Both the position numbers and the translations under genes were made by a program. A stretch of DNA of 62,702 nt, counting the filler, from Klebsormidium nitens (Eukaryota; Plantae; Klebsormidiophyceae), in the NCBI GenBank assembly GCA_000708835.1. It is 5 parts of 5 records of this genome, joined end to end, with 100 filler letters (N's around TTAATTAATTAA, not from the genome) between each part and the next. Parts side by side here need not be neighbours in the genome. Positions count along the whole stretch, not along the records: positions 1 to 7,740 come from DF238186.1; positions 7,841 to 25,178 come from DF237995.1; 3 more parts are not named here. One strand, 5' to 3'. This document shows positions 1 to 11,056 of the stretch, in pieces. A model generated the notes under the pieces. That model worked only from the letters and a program-made list of their open reading frames with translations, was not told where the DNA came from and made no database searches. Numbering within the stretch: the stretch's first letter is position 1; each line of letters starts with the position of its first letter.

Positions 1-505
1 ACGCTCAACGTCAAGCAAAGAAGCTACGCTCAAAGGAACCCTGCTTAAAGAACATGTTGCATGAACGAGAGTCGGTTCTTCCAACCGCTTGCACAGACAT
101 CCGAGCCCGTTCTCCATCGAGTGCCCGATATGCCCCTAGCATGGTGTGGAGCGAGGCACCAATCTTGGAATTAGAGGCGCTTGCAAACCCCAACAAACTT
201 CGCCATGCCAACGAGTCCCCACACACTGCCTCTCCCAGATACTGAATTGCTAAAAAGGCCCCGTTTTAGAAATTTCGAACATCCATATTCGTGTATCTGG
301 CAATATTCAGATATCGGCCGATAATAGAAAACTGATAAAGCCCCCATGTCGGGTTTTAGAAGTTTCTGCATGCCAGATAACCATGAAAAGCTTCTACATG
401 CACCGGAACGGTGAAAAGCAAGATGAACACGCAAATTCGGTATCTGAGACTCTTGCGGTCAGCTGCCGTTCATCTTTTTTTCCTCGGTATCTAGATACAT
501 AAGGC

Positions 506-1558
506 ATGGAAGCTTCAAATGCAAACACAAAGGTTATAAGAACCTTAACCTCAAGTGAACGGCTACTCCATGACGTGTTTGATGATTCAACCCGAAAACC
601 TTACACTGTCGAACAATATTGTGCTCGTGTGATGCGGCTATTCAAGAGCATATATGCTCCAAAGGAGGATTTCGAGAATTTCGATTGGGTGAAAGATACG
701 ACCACGATCATAGAGTATCTGGATAAGGTGTACTGCGACAAACTACCAACACAAGCTACGAGCATAAGTCCGCTACTCGTCATCGCCCGAAAGCTATGGC
801 CCAGCGATCAACGGATCTACGAGGCACTCTTTAAACGATACACGGCCGTTCGAAAGGCCATGGAAGACGCTCGGCCTGCCCAACACATGTCGGAGCGAGA
901 AGCCAAGAATTGGAAAACGCTTGACGAGATTAATCAACGTCGTGTTGAGCTTCAAAGGAAGATCAATCGTTCCATAGCGCCAAAGAAGCCGGAAGAGGTC
1001 ACTGTTGCGGACAAAGTAACGCTTTGCCGATACCTCGTCCTCTGTCTCTACACGCAAATGCCCGCAATTCGTAATGATTGGAGCGATCTTCCCATCGTGC
1101 GCTTTGAGGAAGCGAGAAACGCTGCCGCACGCGAATTGATGTCTGGATCTCGCAACTATCTGTTAGAGCATGCAAAAGGCAGCTATCGGCTTCATCTCAA
1201 GTCTTACAAGACGGACAAGACACACGGCCCACAAGTTCTCGACATACCAACCCGGCTTTGCAATGTGATTGCTGAAAGCCTCACTATTTTTCCACGAAAG
1301 TACCTTCTTAGCCGAATGAGGACACCAGATGCTCCAATGGGATCAGGGTATTTGACCAAGTTTCTAGCGGCCATTTATCCTGATTCAAATTTGGGTTCGT
1401 GCCTTCTTCGAAAGATCACTGTCAGCAATGCAATGAAGGATGCACCAAGCCTCTATGAAAGAGATCAGCTTGCCAAGTCAATGTTGCACACAACACCGAT
1501 TGCGATGCGCCACTATGAGCTCAAGTACAAACCCGATGGATCTCGGATCCAATTTTGA
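506..1558 (+). CDS. Tyrosine recombinase (Polinton-like virus/virophage OLV11-like type), copy 1
   Basis: 350-aa ORF with catalytic-type residues in the expected order: R (PAIRND), K (YKT), xxLR (CLLRK), H (MLH), Y (RHY). Homologous over its length to 10001..11056. Confidence 0.8.
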   Translation: MEASNANTKVIRTLTSSERLLHDVFDDSTRKPYTVEQYCARVMRLFKSIYAPKEDFENFDWVKDTTTIIEYLDKVYCDKLPTQATSISPLLVIARKLWPSDQRIYEALFKRYTAVRKAMEDARPAQHMSEREAKNWKTLDEINQRRVELQRKINRSIAPKKPEEVTVADKVTLCRYLVLCLYTQMPAIRNDWSDLPIVRFEEARNAAARELMSGSRNYLLEHAKGSYRLHLKSYKTDKTHGPQVLDIPTRLCNVIAESLTIFPRKYLLSRMRTPDAPMGSGYLTKFLAAIYPDSNLGSCLLRKITVSNAMKDAPSLYERDQLAKSMLHTTPIAMRHYELKYKPDGSRIQF

Positions 1559-1583
1559 GCAACCGTTCGCCACTTGCGGCCTC

Positions 1584-1907
1584 TTAAGACACTTCAATGC
1601 AGCTTGTGAAGGCGCCCAATGAAAGGCCCGTGGGTTCTTCGGAACAACATGTGTTTTGCGGCACCTTATAGCCAGCATCAATCAGTCGCTGAGCCGTTGT
1701 TTTGTGGAGTTTCTTTGTGGTGCCCGAAAGAAATCGTTTGTAAGCCTTTTGAAGCAGAATGTTCTCTCGATTCCGACCATAGTACCTGCGAACGTTTTGC
1801 GCGTGTTGCTCATGGTGCTCTTTTTGGTACGCGCGGCTTGTCTCGCAGACACGGCAATGACATGGATGGATCTTGATATCACTCGAGGAATACGTGCTTT
1901 GGACCAT
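1584..1907 (-). CDS. Small basic Cys-containing protein of the YR/Prim-Pol module, copy 1
   Basis: CHCRVC...RRYYGRNRENILLQKAY...RLIDAG matches CICKVC...KRYYYKHRDAILLAQAF...RLLDAG at 9614..9964, in the same relative position and orientation. Confidence 0.65.
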   Translation of the reverse strand: MVQSTYSSSDIKIHPCHCRVCETSRAYQKEHHEQHAQNVRRYYGRNRENILLQKAYKRFLSGTTKKLHKTTAQRLIDAGYKVPQNTCCSEEPTGLSLGAFTSCIEVS

Positions 1908-2014
1908 GATGCCCTATGATTAGAATTCGAAAATAAGTTGTATGAGAACGCAGCAGTTGGCGGTGAAGCGCGTTTCAATCAGCCCCATTATTTCCTGACT
2001 AGAGTACAGACATC

Positions 2015-5000
2015 ATGGCCATGCAAGCAGCTGTCCAAGCTCCTAGCTCTATGGCCTCGGCCCCAGAAGACCCCAAGGCCCGTGGGCCTCGATGTATTAG
2101 AGACGAGATCCAACGACTTGCAGATAATGGCCTATATGCGCTTCCCGTCTCTGTCTCGTGGGATGAAGATGAGGGCAAAAAGAAGGGTGACTTCCCTAGG
2201 CGCTATGCACACATCAAGACCCCGGAAGCATGGGAGGGATCATTTGATTCTTTCATGAAGGGAAAGCGAGATGCAACTGGGCTTGCAATTTTTACAGGAG
2301 TTAGTAAAGTGTATGTGGTGGACCACAAGCTACCTATGGTGGGTACCGGCCGAGTCAATTTTGACTCCGACCGCTACAAAATTGTAATACCGCGTATCGA
2401 ATTCCGTCAGTGATACCGGCGGTTCACGTCACGGCAACTCAGGTTTCTGTTACTCGGGCGGTACAAGTACTCAGACAATATTGCTCGGCCGTAAGTCAGT
2501 GTTACAGGAGTGAAAGACAGTGTTATGTTTTACACTTGTGTGTGAGCATCAAACTGGCACACAAAGAAGAGCCTTATGCAGCCCATAGAAAGCTCTGACA
2601 AGCAAAGAAAAATGTTGGGAGAGCACCTTGAGGGTTTGTTTGAAGACCCAACATAAGGAAATGTCGAGGACAAATCGGAATAAGCACCATACAAGCCTCA
2701 AAGTCGGCCGGCATTGCTTGCTCTTGAAATGCGCCTTTTCCTACACTCTTCTTTCAACTTCCTGCACTCCTCTTTCAAGTTAAGTACCGCGGTACCCTCA
2801 GGTGGTTCGAGTCGGAACTTCCGACAAACACCATGAAATTTCAAATTTGCGGACGCGCAGACTTGCGCGGTACTGTACCGCCGAATATACCGGAGTTTAC
2901 CGTTCGTCGACATGTCAGACAATTTCCAATTCATGAACTCGGACCGGATTCTAAAGTACGGCCGAGTACGGTCGTCAGTACCGTGTACATGAAATGTCGC
3001 GACGCGTAACACCGGTGAGTCAATTTGGTGACGGTACCGTCGCGCGATCGAGACCGCCGACACCCACCATAGGTAGCTTGTGACATAGACGTAGCTGGCA
3101 AGGACGAGAAGCAACCGGGGATTGAGCTTTGGGAGCAACTCGTTAAAATCCATGGGGAGCCAGAGACACTCAAAGCAAGGACCGGCTCTGGTGGATTGCA
3201 CATGTACTTCAAGCTCGACTCGCCTCATCTCACGTGGAAACGGAACTTTTCAGGTGTAAAGGTCGACAATGGAACCTTTGGCATTGATGGACGTGGAGTT
3301 GGTGGCGTTATATTTGCTCCACCAACAAGCTATCAAAAGGCCCTTGGCGAGCTTGCAACGTATGAATGGATTGATGGACCTCCCAGCTATGAAGCATGCA
3401 AGGACATGCCCTTGTGGCTCGCGGAGATGGTGAATGACCATGCCGGTAAGCGTGCATCCATGAGCGAAGGTGACAAGAGGGCCATTCGTAAATCTCCGGT
3501 GGTGTTTGAGGATATCGAGCGTCCATTGGCTGCAACTCAATCCATCAGTGGGTCTCATGAAAGATCGACGGCAGTCCACGAGGTGCAAAAGATGCTCTTG
3601 CAGAGGACAAAAGAAGATGGCGATGCACGCTTTGGAGGCACAACGGTGCTTTCAGAGGGCAACCGTGCTTTCCAATTTCGCGTAAACAGGCCAAGAACAT
3701 GCTATCTTGGACGGCAGCACAACGGATCAAACAACTTCACCGTGATCCAAGGATGTGCAGGCGACTTTCGCAAGGTATACTACCACTGCTTTGGCTCAGC
3801 TTGTCAGCACGATAACGTCAAACTTTTGGAAGAGTTGAGTATCTCCGCCGCTTTTGAGCAAGCTTTGACGGATGAATTTGGGATGGAAGACCAGAAGGTT
3901 ACTAGTACGAGCAATCTTGAAGCACGGCTGCCGACAGGATTCATGAAGATCATGGTGTGTCGGAGCGATTTTGGTGCCGCCTCAATCTTTGCCAGATTGT
4001 TCCAGCACGACAGGCGAATTGTGTACGACGCAGGAAGCTTTTGGACATGGAACGGAAGATCGTGGATTGCATGCGACATAGAGGCGACGTTGATCAAGAG
4101 CACGTTTATGTGCCACATGGGAAAGGTGAAAGTCTTTTGGATGAAGCGCAACACGGAGGAGAGTCGTGAAAAGATTTTGGAAGCGGAGCGCGCACGAGAT
4201 GCTAGTCTGGCAGAGCTCCGCAGTGCGGATAGAGACGCTCGCTCCAAAAGGACCGCTGAAGCAGCCATCATGAAGACCTTCAAAGCGTCGGCAAAGGATG
4301 CCGATCAACTCGCTAAATGGCCGGGACCCGATGTTGAATCAGTGCCAATTGCGAATCGATGTTTGACTCCGTTGAGAGCGATGTTGAGGCTTGATGGCTT
4401 TGCAAAAGAGCTCAATGCAAACCGAGACTTTCTCAATACCACCTCAGGCGCAATTTATCTACCAACGGGCAAGCTCATACCACATCATCCAAGCAACATG
4501 CTCTCGAGAGAGACCGACACCGAGTATGTTGGACCCGACTATCCATCACCGCTGATTGATGACTTCATGCTGCAGATTCAAACGTCAGACATCATTCAGA
4601 TTTTGCAAATGACGCTTGGCTACGGCATCACCGGACATTCAAGAGAGAAGCAATTCATCATCTGCTATGGGCCTTCGAATTCAGGCAAGACGAAACTTCT
4701 TGCTCTTGTAAAGGCGGCAATTCGACTGTACTTTTGCACGATGGACCGCGATTGCGTGATTGGAGTTGGTGCAAGATCAGAAGGCGCCGCTACACCACAT
4801 CTCTTGAAGCTCGAGGGTGCGCACATAGCTGGTCTTGAAGAGACAAAACCGGAGGATGTCTACAACGTTGCAAATGTGAAATCCATCTCGTCAGGTGACG
4901 GAGGACAAAGTGTACGAGGGTTGCATAAGCAACCAGTCGACATCACATACCGATGTCTGCCAATCATTTGCACAAATTCGCTACCCAAATTCGACGTGAA

Positions 5001-5526
5001 GGATAGCGGTACTCTGAAGAAGCTTCGCGTCTTCCCCTTTGAACGAGAGTTTGTTGAACGGCCCAAGCCCGATACCAACGAGCGACTAATTGACTATCAA
5101 CTCTCTGAAAAGATCGAGAGTCCGGAATGGAGGAAGCAAATGCTTGCTTGGCTCGTACGAGGAAGCATGGCGTGGTATGCAAGGGGGAGTCTGCCGCAAG
5201 TCGAAGAGCTACCAAACAAGATGCAAGACGCTCTGAAGGGTTACGTGGAGGCAAACGATCATCTCGAGAATTTCATTGCCGACCATTGCGTCAAAGGCGA
5301 GAAATGGGCAACCCATGTTGATGTACTCAAGCAAGCGTTTGAGAACTATATTGGGAGGCGCGATTGGCCAATGACCGTCACCGAGTTCAAGGCAATGATG
5401 CAAGGTGTGAAAGGGGTCACGTACAAAAAGCAAGTGAAGATATCGGGGCGCAACACAACCGGTTATAAAGGAATCAGCTTACGGCAATGCTACTATTCAA
5501 GCAGTGATCCGACTACCAAGTCATAA
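2015..5526 (+). pseudogene. Prim-Pol primase fused to D5-like SF3 helicase, interrupted by an insertion at 2324-3084
   Basis: Removing 2324-3084 restores VVD-IDV and one 916-aa frame. Prim-Pol motifs: GLAIFTG, DID, GLHMYF, GIDGRG. Zn-like C..H...C..C region. Helicase: Walker A GPSNSGKT, Walker B GLEET, motif C ICTNSLP. Confidence 0.9.
2324..3082. mobile_element. Non-autonomous TIR element (MITE-like), 759 bp, 21-bp perfect TIRs, 2-bp TSD (AC)
   Basis: CACAAGCTACCTATGGTGGGT at 2324-2344 and its exact reverse complement at 3062-3082. AC is duplicated at 2322-2323 and 3083-3084. No convincing internal coding. Confidence 0.9.
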
Positions 5527-5579
5527 ACAACAGAGAGCTCGCTCAACAATAGCCTGAGCTCTGGGACACAAGCAAGTGG

Positions 5580-5905
5580 GTTGGAGCTTGGTAGGCGAGG
5601 TAGTCCAGAGGTAGGTCGAAAGTAGGTGTTTGAAAAATGCTTATTGTAGGGTTGTAGTATGGTTTCTATTATAATGAAAGGTAGGTAGGTAGGTATTGTT
5701 AATACATATCAGGCAATAGTCATTTCTGTCACTGTTGATTGTGCAAAAATTTCCTCATTGGCAAAAAGAAATGTCGTCTACCCTACCTACCTACCTACCT
5801 CAAGGTCGTTCCAAACGATGATTCCGTCCATCCACCACAATTGCTGACACCCTACCACTCCTCTCCCCTACCACCTACCACCTACCACCTACCACCTACC
5901 AGACC
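5580..5905. repeat. Opposed (GGTA)n and (TACC)n / (CCACCTA)n short-repeat tracts downstream of the D5 helicase
   Basis: ggtaggtaggtaggta at ~5680-5697, ctaccctacctacctacctacc at ~5778-5800, ccacctaccacctaccacctaccacctacc at ~5871-5900. Confidence 0.75.
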
Positions 5906-5959
5906 ATTGCTCTTCAAAAAGCGTGCTACTCTTCTTGTTGGAACCTTGCAACATCTATT

Positions 5960-7450
5960 CTATCCTTGCAACAGTCGAGCGCGCACCCCGACCGACCACA
6001 CGCCTGCTGCAATCGCTATCGCTAGCTTTCCGTCATCCACTCTCTTGAGCGTCTGATTGTAGCCTCCGAGCAACAGGGGAAGAACCACCATGAAGCTCTC
6101 GAGTCCTGAGTACCAGCCCAAAGACCGGAACCCCTTCAAGAAGGAGTTGACCGACTCGACGGCGGATGTGTTGACCCAGTGGAGTGCGTCATAGTTGTTC
6201 GCGCAGTTTGATGGACCGCACTTGTGCACCTCTTGTCCCGCCTTCGAAAAGTGGAACCTGTGTGAGAAAAGGTGTACATGAGCTTCAAACCATAACATAA
6301 GCACTTATGTACACGTTCTTGAAACTCATGCACCCCAAGATTTGACTCCAAAGAGTCGCATTACACCCAAATTTCCAAGCCTCTTGCTAGCATCACAAAA
6401 GATTGTGCCAGGACTCACCTGTCAACCACAAAGCGCACGTTGGCAAAGTGCGCGGGCGCCCTCCTCAAGCAGTAATTGCGGAGCGCGCACGCGTTGTCGT
6501 ACACGAGAGTTTTAGGCAAATCCTCGCGCCTCAACCTCGTGTAGAGCACCGTGAACGCGTCCCTTGGGCTCTCTCCTCGCAGCATCGTGTGGAACCCGTA
6601 GATGACGCGATGCGGACAACAAAAGACAAACACCCCCCTACTCCTGTCCGGCCGCTTGCTAGCACTCCCCTTCTTTCCTGAGAGCTTTCCGGTCCCCTTC
6701 ACCAATCCAGCCACGTGCTCCGCGTCCCATTCGGTCACGGTCTTCCCCGTGGCGCATTTGAATCCCTCCGAACTCCGACTGCGGCCGTCCGGATGCTCGA
6801 AGGTGCTATAATGAGGCAAGCCTCGCCGATGCTCCCAACCGGGGAAGCTATAGCAAGCCAACGCGTCCTGCTCGGCTCTGAAAGCGTGCCCCGCTGGCAG
6901 CGGGCGTAGCTCGGCCCCCTCTTCATCCCGTCCTAGCCTCTCTCTCAGAAGCGCCCGCTCATGGTCGCTCATTCGCCCCCATTGCTCAGGGCTCGGCTCC
7001 AATCGCTCGACCCCCGAGAGCAGCTCGTTTGCCAAAGTTCGAGCTTCGTCCAACTGCCGACTCTCCTCGATCGACAGAAGTCGCACCCGGCCCTCCGTGA
7101 GCCAAGCAACCGCCTTGTCGAGAGGATAGATGGCCTTGTGAACCCATCCAAGCCGCCCCTCGGCCTCGAACCCCGTCGCCCCTCGAGCTAGAAGCGCCAG
7201 CAGATACAGCTGATGCAGCGTGCGCATGAAGAAGGTGGGGAACGTGAGCCCTCCGTACGCGTCCAAGAGTTGGCGAAGGATGGGGGCATCTCTCCCCAAC
7301 TCCCGACGCTCCTCGAGTGATGCCCGCCCACCAAGCAGCAACTTGCGGACCACGTGAAGCGCGCTAGCACCGATGAGGTCCTCGTCTGAGTCGTGAGCCC
7401 CCAGCAAGTAGAGCAACGCCGTCCACTCCCCAACCCACGACTCCCAAAGG
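5960..7450 (-). mobile_element. KDZ (Kyakuja-Dileera-Zisupton)-type DDE transposase, spliced; 5' end not located
   Basis: Motifs GVFVFCCPHRVIYGF..GES, LVYDNAC, VVDRFH, HKCG, AVESVNS. A GT-AG intron at 6258-6418 joins VVDR to FHFSK in frame. Confidence 0.7.
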
Positions 7451-7840
7451 TTGGCATTGTGTAACGATTACGATTGGTTAAGCCTAACCTCGTTCTCGAC
7501 AAGATTTCGTTGACCTGCGGGTTAGCGAAACGGCGGTGGTTACGTCTTAACGACGCACTGCGTGGCTGTCTGCAAGACGCCGTAATATCCCGGATGGATC
7601 GGCTTCAGTGAGCCGATATCACCGTTCAGGATAAGTTGTGTTTGGCTTCGCCGTTCGATGCAGCCAAGCTTATCTGTGCTCTGCACAGCTTGCGTGGCTG
7701 GTCTTGTCAAAGGAAGTGGACAAGAGAGAGCTATACGATTNNNNNNNNNNNNNNNNNNNNNNNNNNNNNNNNNNNNNNNNNNNNTTAATTAATTAANNNN
7801 NNNNNNNNNNNNNNNNNNNNNNNNNNNNNNNNNNNNNNNN

Positions 7841-9523
7841 CGCCATCCAACAGATATTGTAGTCAAACCGCTCCTGGGAGCCATCGCACATGATGTTGCG
7901 GAAGTGCCACATGAGCCTCGGCATATGTTCCTCGCACTCCATGAGCTCCAAATCCGTCAATCTGTGGTCGAGTGGTTTGAATCTAAGCCCACTGAACAGA
8001 TTGAAATGTCGTGAGGAAACCTTTGATGAATCCGGCTTGAATACAATTTGATCGTATTCTCGACGCTTGGAACTGCTCTCCCAGAATCTGGCAACCTCCT
8101 TGTTCTTTCCAGACAGGCTTTCAAGCTGGAAATTCTTGCAGACCTCGAGGAAGTCGCGGCCGGACCGGTGGATGGTCTCCTTGGGCTCAAGCTTCCCATC
8201 TGCATCTCTCGAGTAGATCGTCTCCAGATAGACTGCTTTTGTCGAGCGGACGACGGCAAAGTAATGGTTCATGGTACGCAAGACGAGATCGCGCAAGTCT
8301 ATTTTTGCTCTTTTTGTTTGTTCGTCATCTTCTTTCTTCTTCTTTTTCTCTTCCCCTTCATCTGTGGACGGCTTGAAGGGAAGAATGTAGCTTTCGCAAG
8401 TCCTAAAAAGTTCCCCGTCCACTCTCAGAGGCAAACACTCGGGCCAAAAGTGAATGCCTAGCAGTTGCTTCGACCAATCAATGCACCCTGGACTCAGACA
8501 ACGGTACACGAGAATGCACCCGTTGCTCAAGATGCTAAACTGGTTCGAATCATGTTGATGACCATTCAAGCAGGTTCGCACGCCGTTCGTCCTAAACTTC
8601 AAGACTCGCCATCCATTAGGGGTCTTTTCCCCGAGTCCATTGAAAGTGCTGGTCTCATCTTGCACTTTATCACGCAGCAGTCTTTTGATCTCTTGAAGCG
8701 CGCCCTCCAATCCAGGGAGGGCCTCCGTGTCCTGCACATGTTCAAGAGATGTTATTGATAGTGATGTTGACTTGTCAACAACAGATGGGGTTGTATTCAA
8801 GTCATTCTCGCATGAACTGTGCTTTTTGATCCCGTCGGTTGCAGCTTGTTGAACGTGATCGTTGAGAAACTTTACGAGCCAAGGAGGCATCTCTTGACAT
8901 GCCTCAAAGCTGGCAGGCCCATTGACCCAGTCATATGTTGCAAGCTTGCCTTGATCATTTACGTAGCTTGCGGGGTAAGCAAATGCGATCCCTCCACCGG
9001 CTCGACCGTCAATCCCGTATCCGATGTTAAGAACCTTGATGCCTGAAAAGTTACGGGTGCATCTGAGGCCGGGTGTAGCTGCCCTAAAATAAAAATGATA
9101 GCCACCGGATCCCGATCGTGCCTTTAGTGTTTGAGGCTCACCATGTTCCTCGACGAGTTGGTTCCAGAGTTGGATCCCCGGTGATCTTCCATCTTTGCTG
9201 GACACATCAATATCGACCACAAAGATCCTACTGGGACGTGTCAGGATTGCGATGCCGTTGGCGTCCTTCCTTTCTTGCTTTGCTTTGTTGATAGAATGTT
9301 TCCACAACTCTGGGGTTGTGATATCTGCGTACTTGTATGGAAATTTGGCATCTTTCTTACCCTCCATTTTATTCCAGAACATGCGCACAGGGATTGCATA
9401 TAGTCCAAGATGGGAGAGCCGTTCAATCTCGTCTGCAACCGCTCGGGGTCCTACGGGCCTAGAGACATGAGCGGCCTGAGGTCCTGAGGGGCTAGCTTGG
9501 GCGTCCGCCATTTCTTCGTACAT
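7841..9523 (-). CDS. Prim-Pol primase fused to a different helicase N-terminal region (DUF5906/NrS-1-like), copy 2; truncated by gap
   Basis: Prim-Pol motifs GIAILT, VVDID, GGYHFYF, GIDGRAGGG. Downstream MNHYFAVV...W..S..RREYDQIVFKP...FNLFSG...DYNICWMA is unlike the D5_N region of copy 1. Confidence 0.75.
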
Positions 9524-9613
9524 TCTGACAAGATTTTAATTGAGACCATTTGAACGTGCGTGCGTTTGATCTCGAGTCAAGCAAATTTTCTTACCATCAT
9601 ATTAGTACTTAGC

Positions 9614-9964
9614 ATGGAGTCGCATAATGAAAGCGCGTTGAACGATTGCTGCATTTGCAAAGTGTGCAGAAGTATTAAGCAATTCTATGAGAAGCATCCG
9701 GATGCTCGAAGGACTTACACGAAAAGGTATTACTACAAACATAGAGACGCAATCTTATTGGCCCAAGCCTTTCTGCGCTACCAAAATGGACATACGTGTC
9801 AACGGAGGACTCTAAAACGCCTTCTTGATGCCGGCTTTCCAGTGAAGATTCCGTATAATGCATGGCAGCACGATGATAATCGAATCGAGTCTTCAGACAC
9901 GTCAGATGGAATCGGAGTGCCCTCGCTACATCTAGGCGCATTCACAGGCATCCAAGTGTCTTGA
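9614..9964 (+). CDS. Small basic Cys-containing protein, copy 2
   Basis: Homolog of 1584..1907 with conserved synteny. Confidence 0.65.
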   Translation: MESHNESALNDCCICKVCRSIKQFYEKHPDARRTYTKRYYYKHRDAILLAQAFLRYQNGHTCQRRTLKRLLDAGFPVKIPYNAWQHDDNRIESSDTSDGIGVPSLHLGAFTGIQVS

Positions 9965-10000
9965 AGGCAGCTCCCAATTGGCAAGCAGATTACAAACCGT

Positions 10001-11056
10001 TCAAAACTTGATCCGAGTTCCATCCGGGTTAAATTTCTTCTCATATGTCCGCTGTGCCATAGCTGCCGTGTGCAACATGCTCCGCGCGAGGTCGTCGGGC
10101 TCGGCAATGCTCGGAGCGTCTTTGAAGAGGTTGCTCACACAAATCTTGCGAAGGAGACAAGAACCTACACTCGCGTCCCTGAAAAGGCCCGTGCTGCAGA
10201 ACTTGGTCAGATAGTTTCGACTCATTGGCTTGTCAGGCGACTTAATCTGAGACAATAGAAACTTTCGGGGAAAGACCTCAAGGCTTTCGGCAATGACATT
10301 GTTGCATCGGGTTGACATGTCTATCGAAGTGGGTCCGTGGTGCTTGACAGACTTATGATTGTTCAAAACTAGTCGAAATTGGTCTTGTGCAATCTCCAAG
10401 AGATAGTTCCCGAAACCAGACATGATGTCACGTGCCTCGGCCATTTTGGTGTCCTTCAAGCGCACAATGGGGCAATCGCTGTAGTCATTTCGGATTGCTG
10501 GTTGATAGCTATAAAGGCACAGTATGAGATGGCGAAAAAGCACAATTTTGTCCTCATCGGTCAATTCTCCGGGCCTCTTGTGTAGAATCTTGCGATTCAC
10601 GTGCCTTTGCAGCTCCTTTCGGCGTTCATTGATCTGGTCCAAGGTCTTCCAATTGGCCGCTTCCCGCTCTGTCAACTGCTGGGGAGGAGGTTTTGCATCT
10701 TCCATAAGCTTTCGAACCTCTATGTACCGCTTGTAATAGACATCATAGAGCTGTTTGTCCTCGGGAAACGCTTTGCGCGCTATCACAAGGAGCGGGTTAA
10801 TCCCGGTGGCTTGCATTGATAGCTTTGTGGAATACGCTTCTCGAATATACTTGATGATCCCGTCGGCCTCCTTGATCCAATCGAAGCTGGTAAAGTCTCG
10901 TTGCCGTTTGAACCCTTGAAACAAGCGCATGACATGATTGATATACTGTTGAATCGTCAAAGCCTTTCGAGTGCCATCCTTGAATGCCGAGCGCAGTAGC
11001 CTTTCCCCATGGGTTACGGTGGTTATATGTCTCGTGCTTTCAACAGGCCCTTGCAT
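10001..11056 (-). CDS. Tyrosine recombinase, copy 2
   Basis: 351 aa; PAIRND, HKS, CLLRK, MLH, RTY motifs; collinear with 506..1558. Confidence 0.8.
   Translation of the reverse strand: MQGPVESTRHITTVTHGERLLRSAFKDGTRKALTIQQYINHVMRLFQGFKRQRDFTSFDWIKEADGIIKYIREAYSTKLSMQATGINPLLVIARKAFPEDKQLYDVYYKRYIEVRKLMEDAKPPPQQLTEREAANWKTLDQINERRKELQRHVNRKILHKRPGELTDEDKIVLFRHLILCLYSYQPAIRNDYSDCPIVRLKDTKMAEARDIMSGFGNYLLEIAQDQFRLVLNNHKSVKHHGPTSIDMSTRCNNVIAESLEVFPRKFLLSQIKSPDKPMSRNYLTKFCSTGLFRDASVGSCLLRKICVSNLFKDAPSIAEPDDLARSMLHTAAMAQRTYEKKFNPDGTRIKF

Noticed and set aside
2324-2413. C-terminus of the 132-aa ORF 2015..2413
   Set aside because: Read-through into the MITE; the true frame resumes at 3085.
7785-7796. 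TTAATTAATTAA palindromes centred in N-runs (also ~25223, ~36797, ~43273)
   Set aside because: Identical 12-mer with stops in all frames in the middle of equal-sized gaps; a scaffolding linker, not biology.
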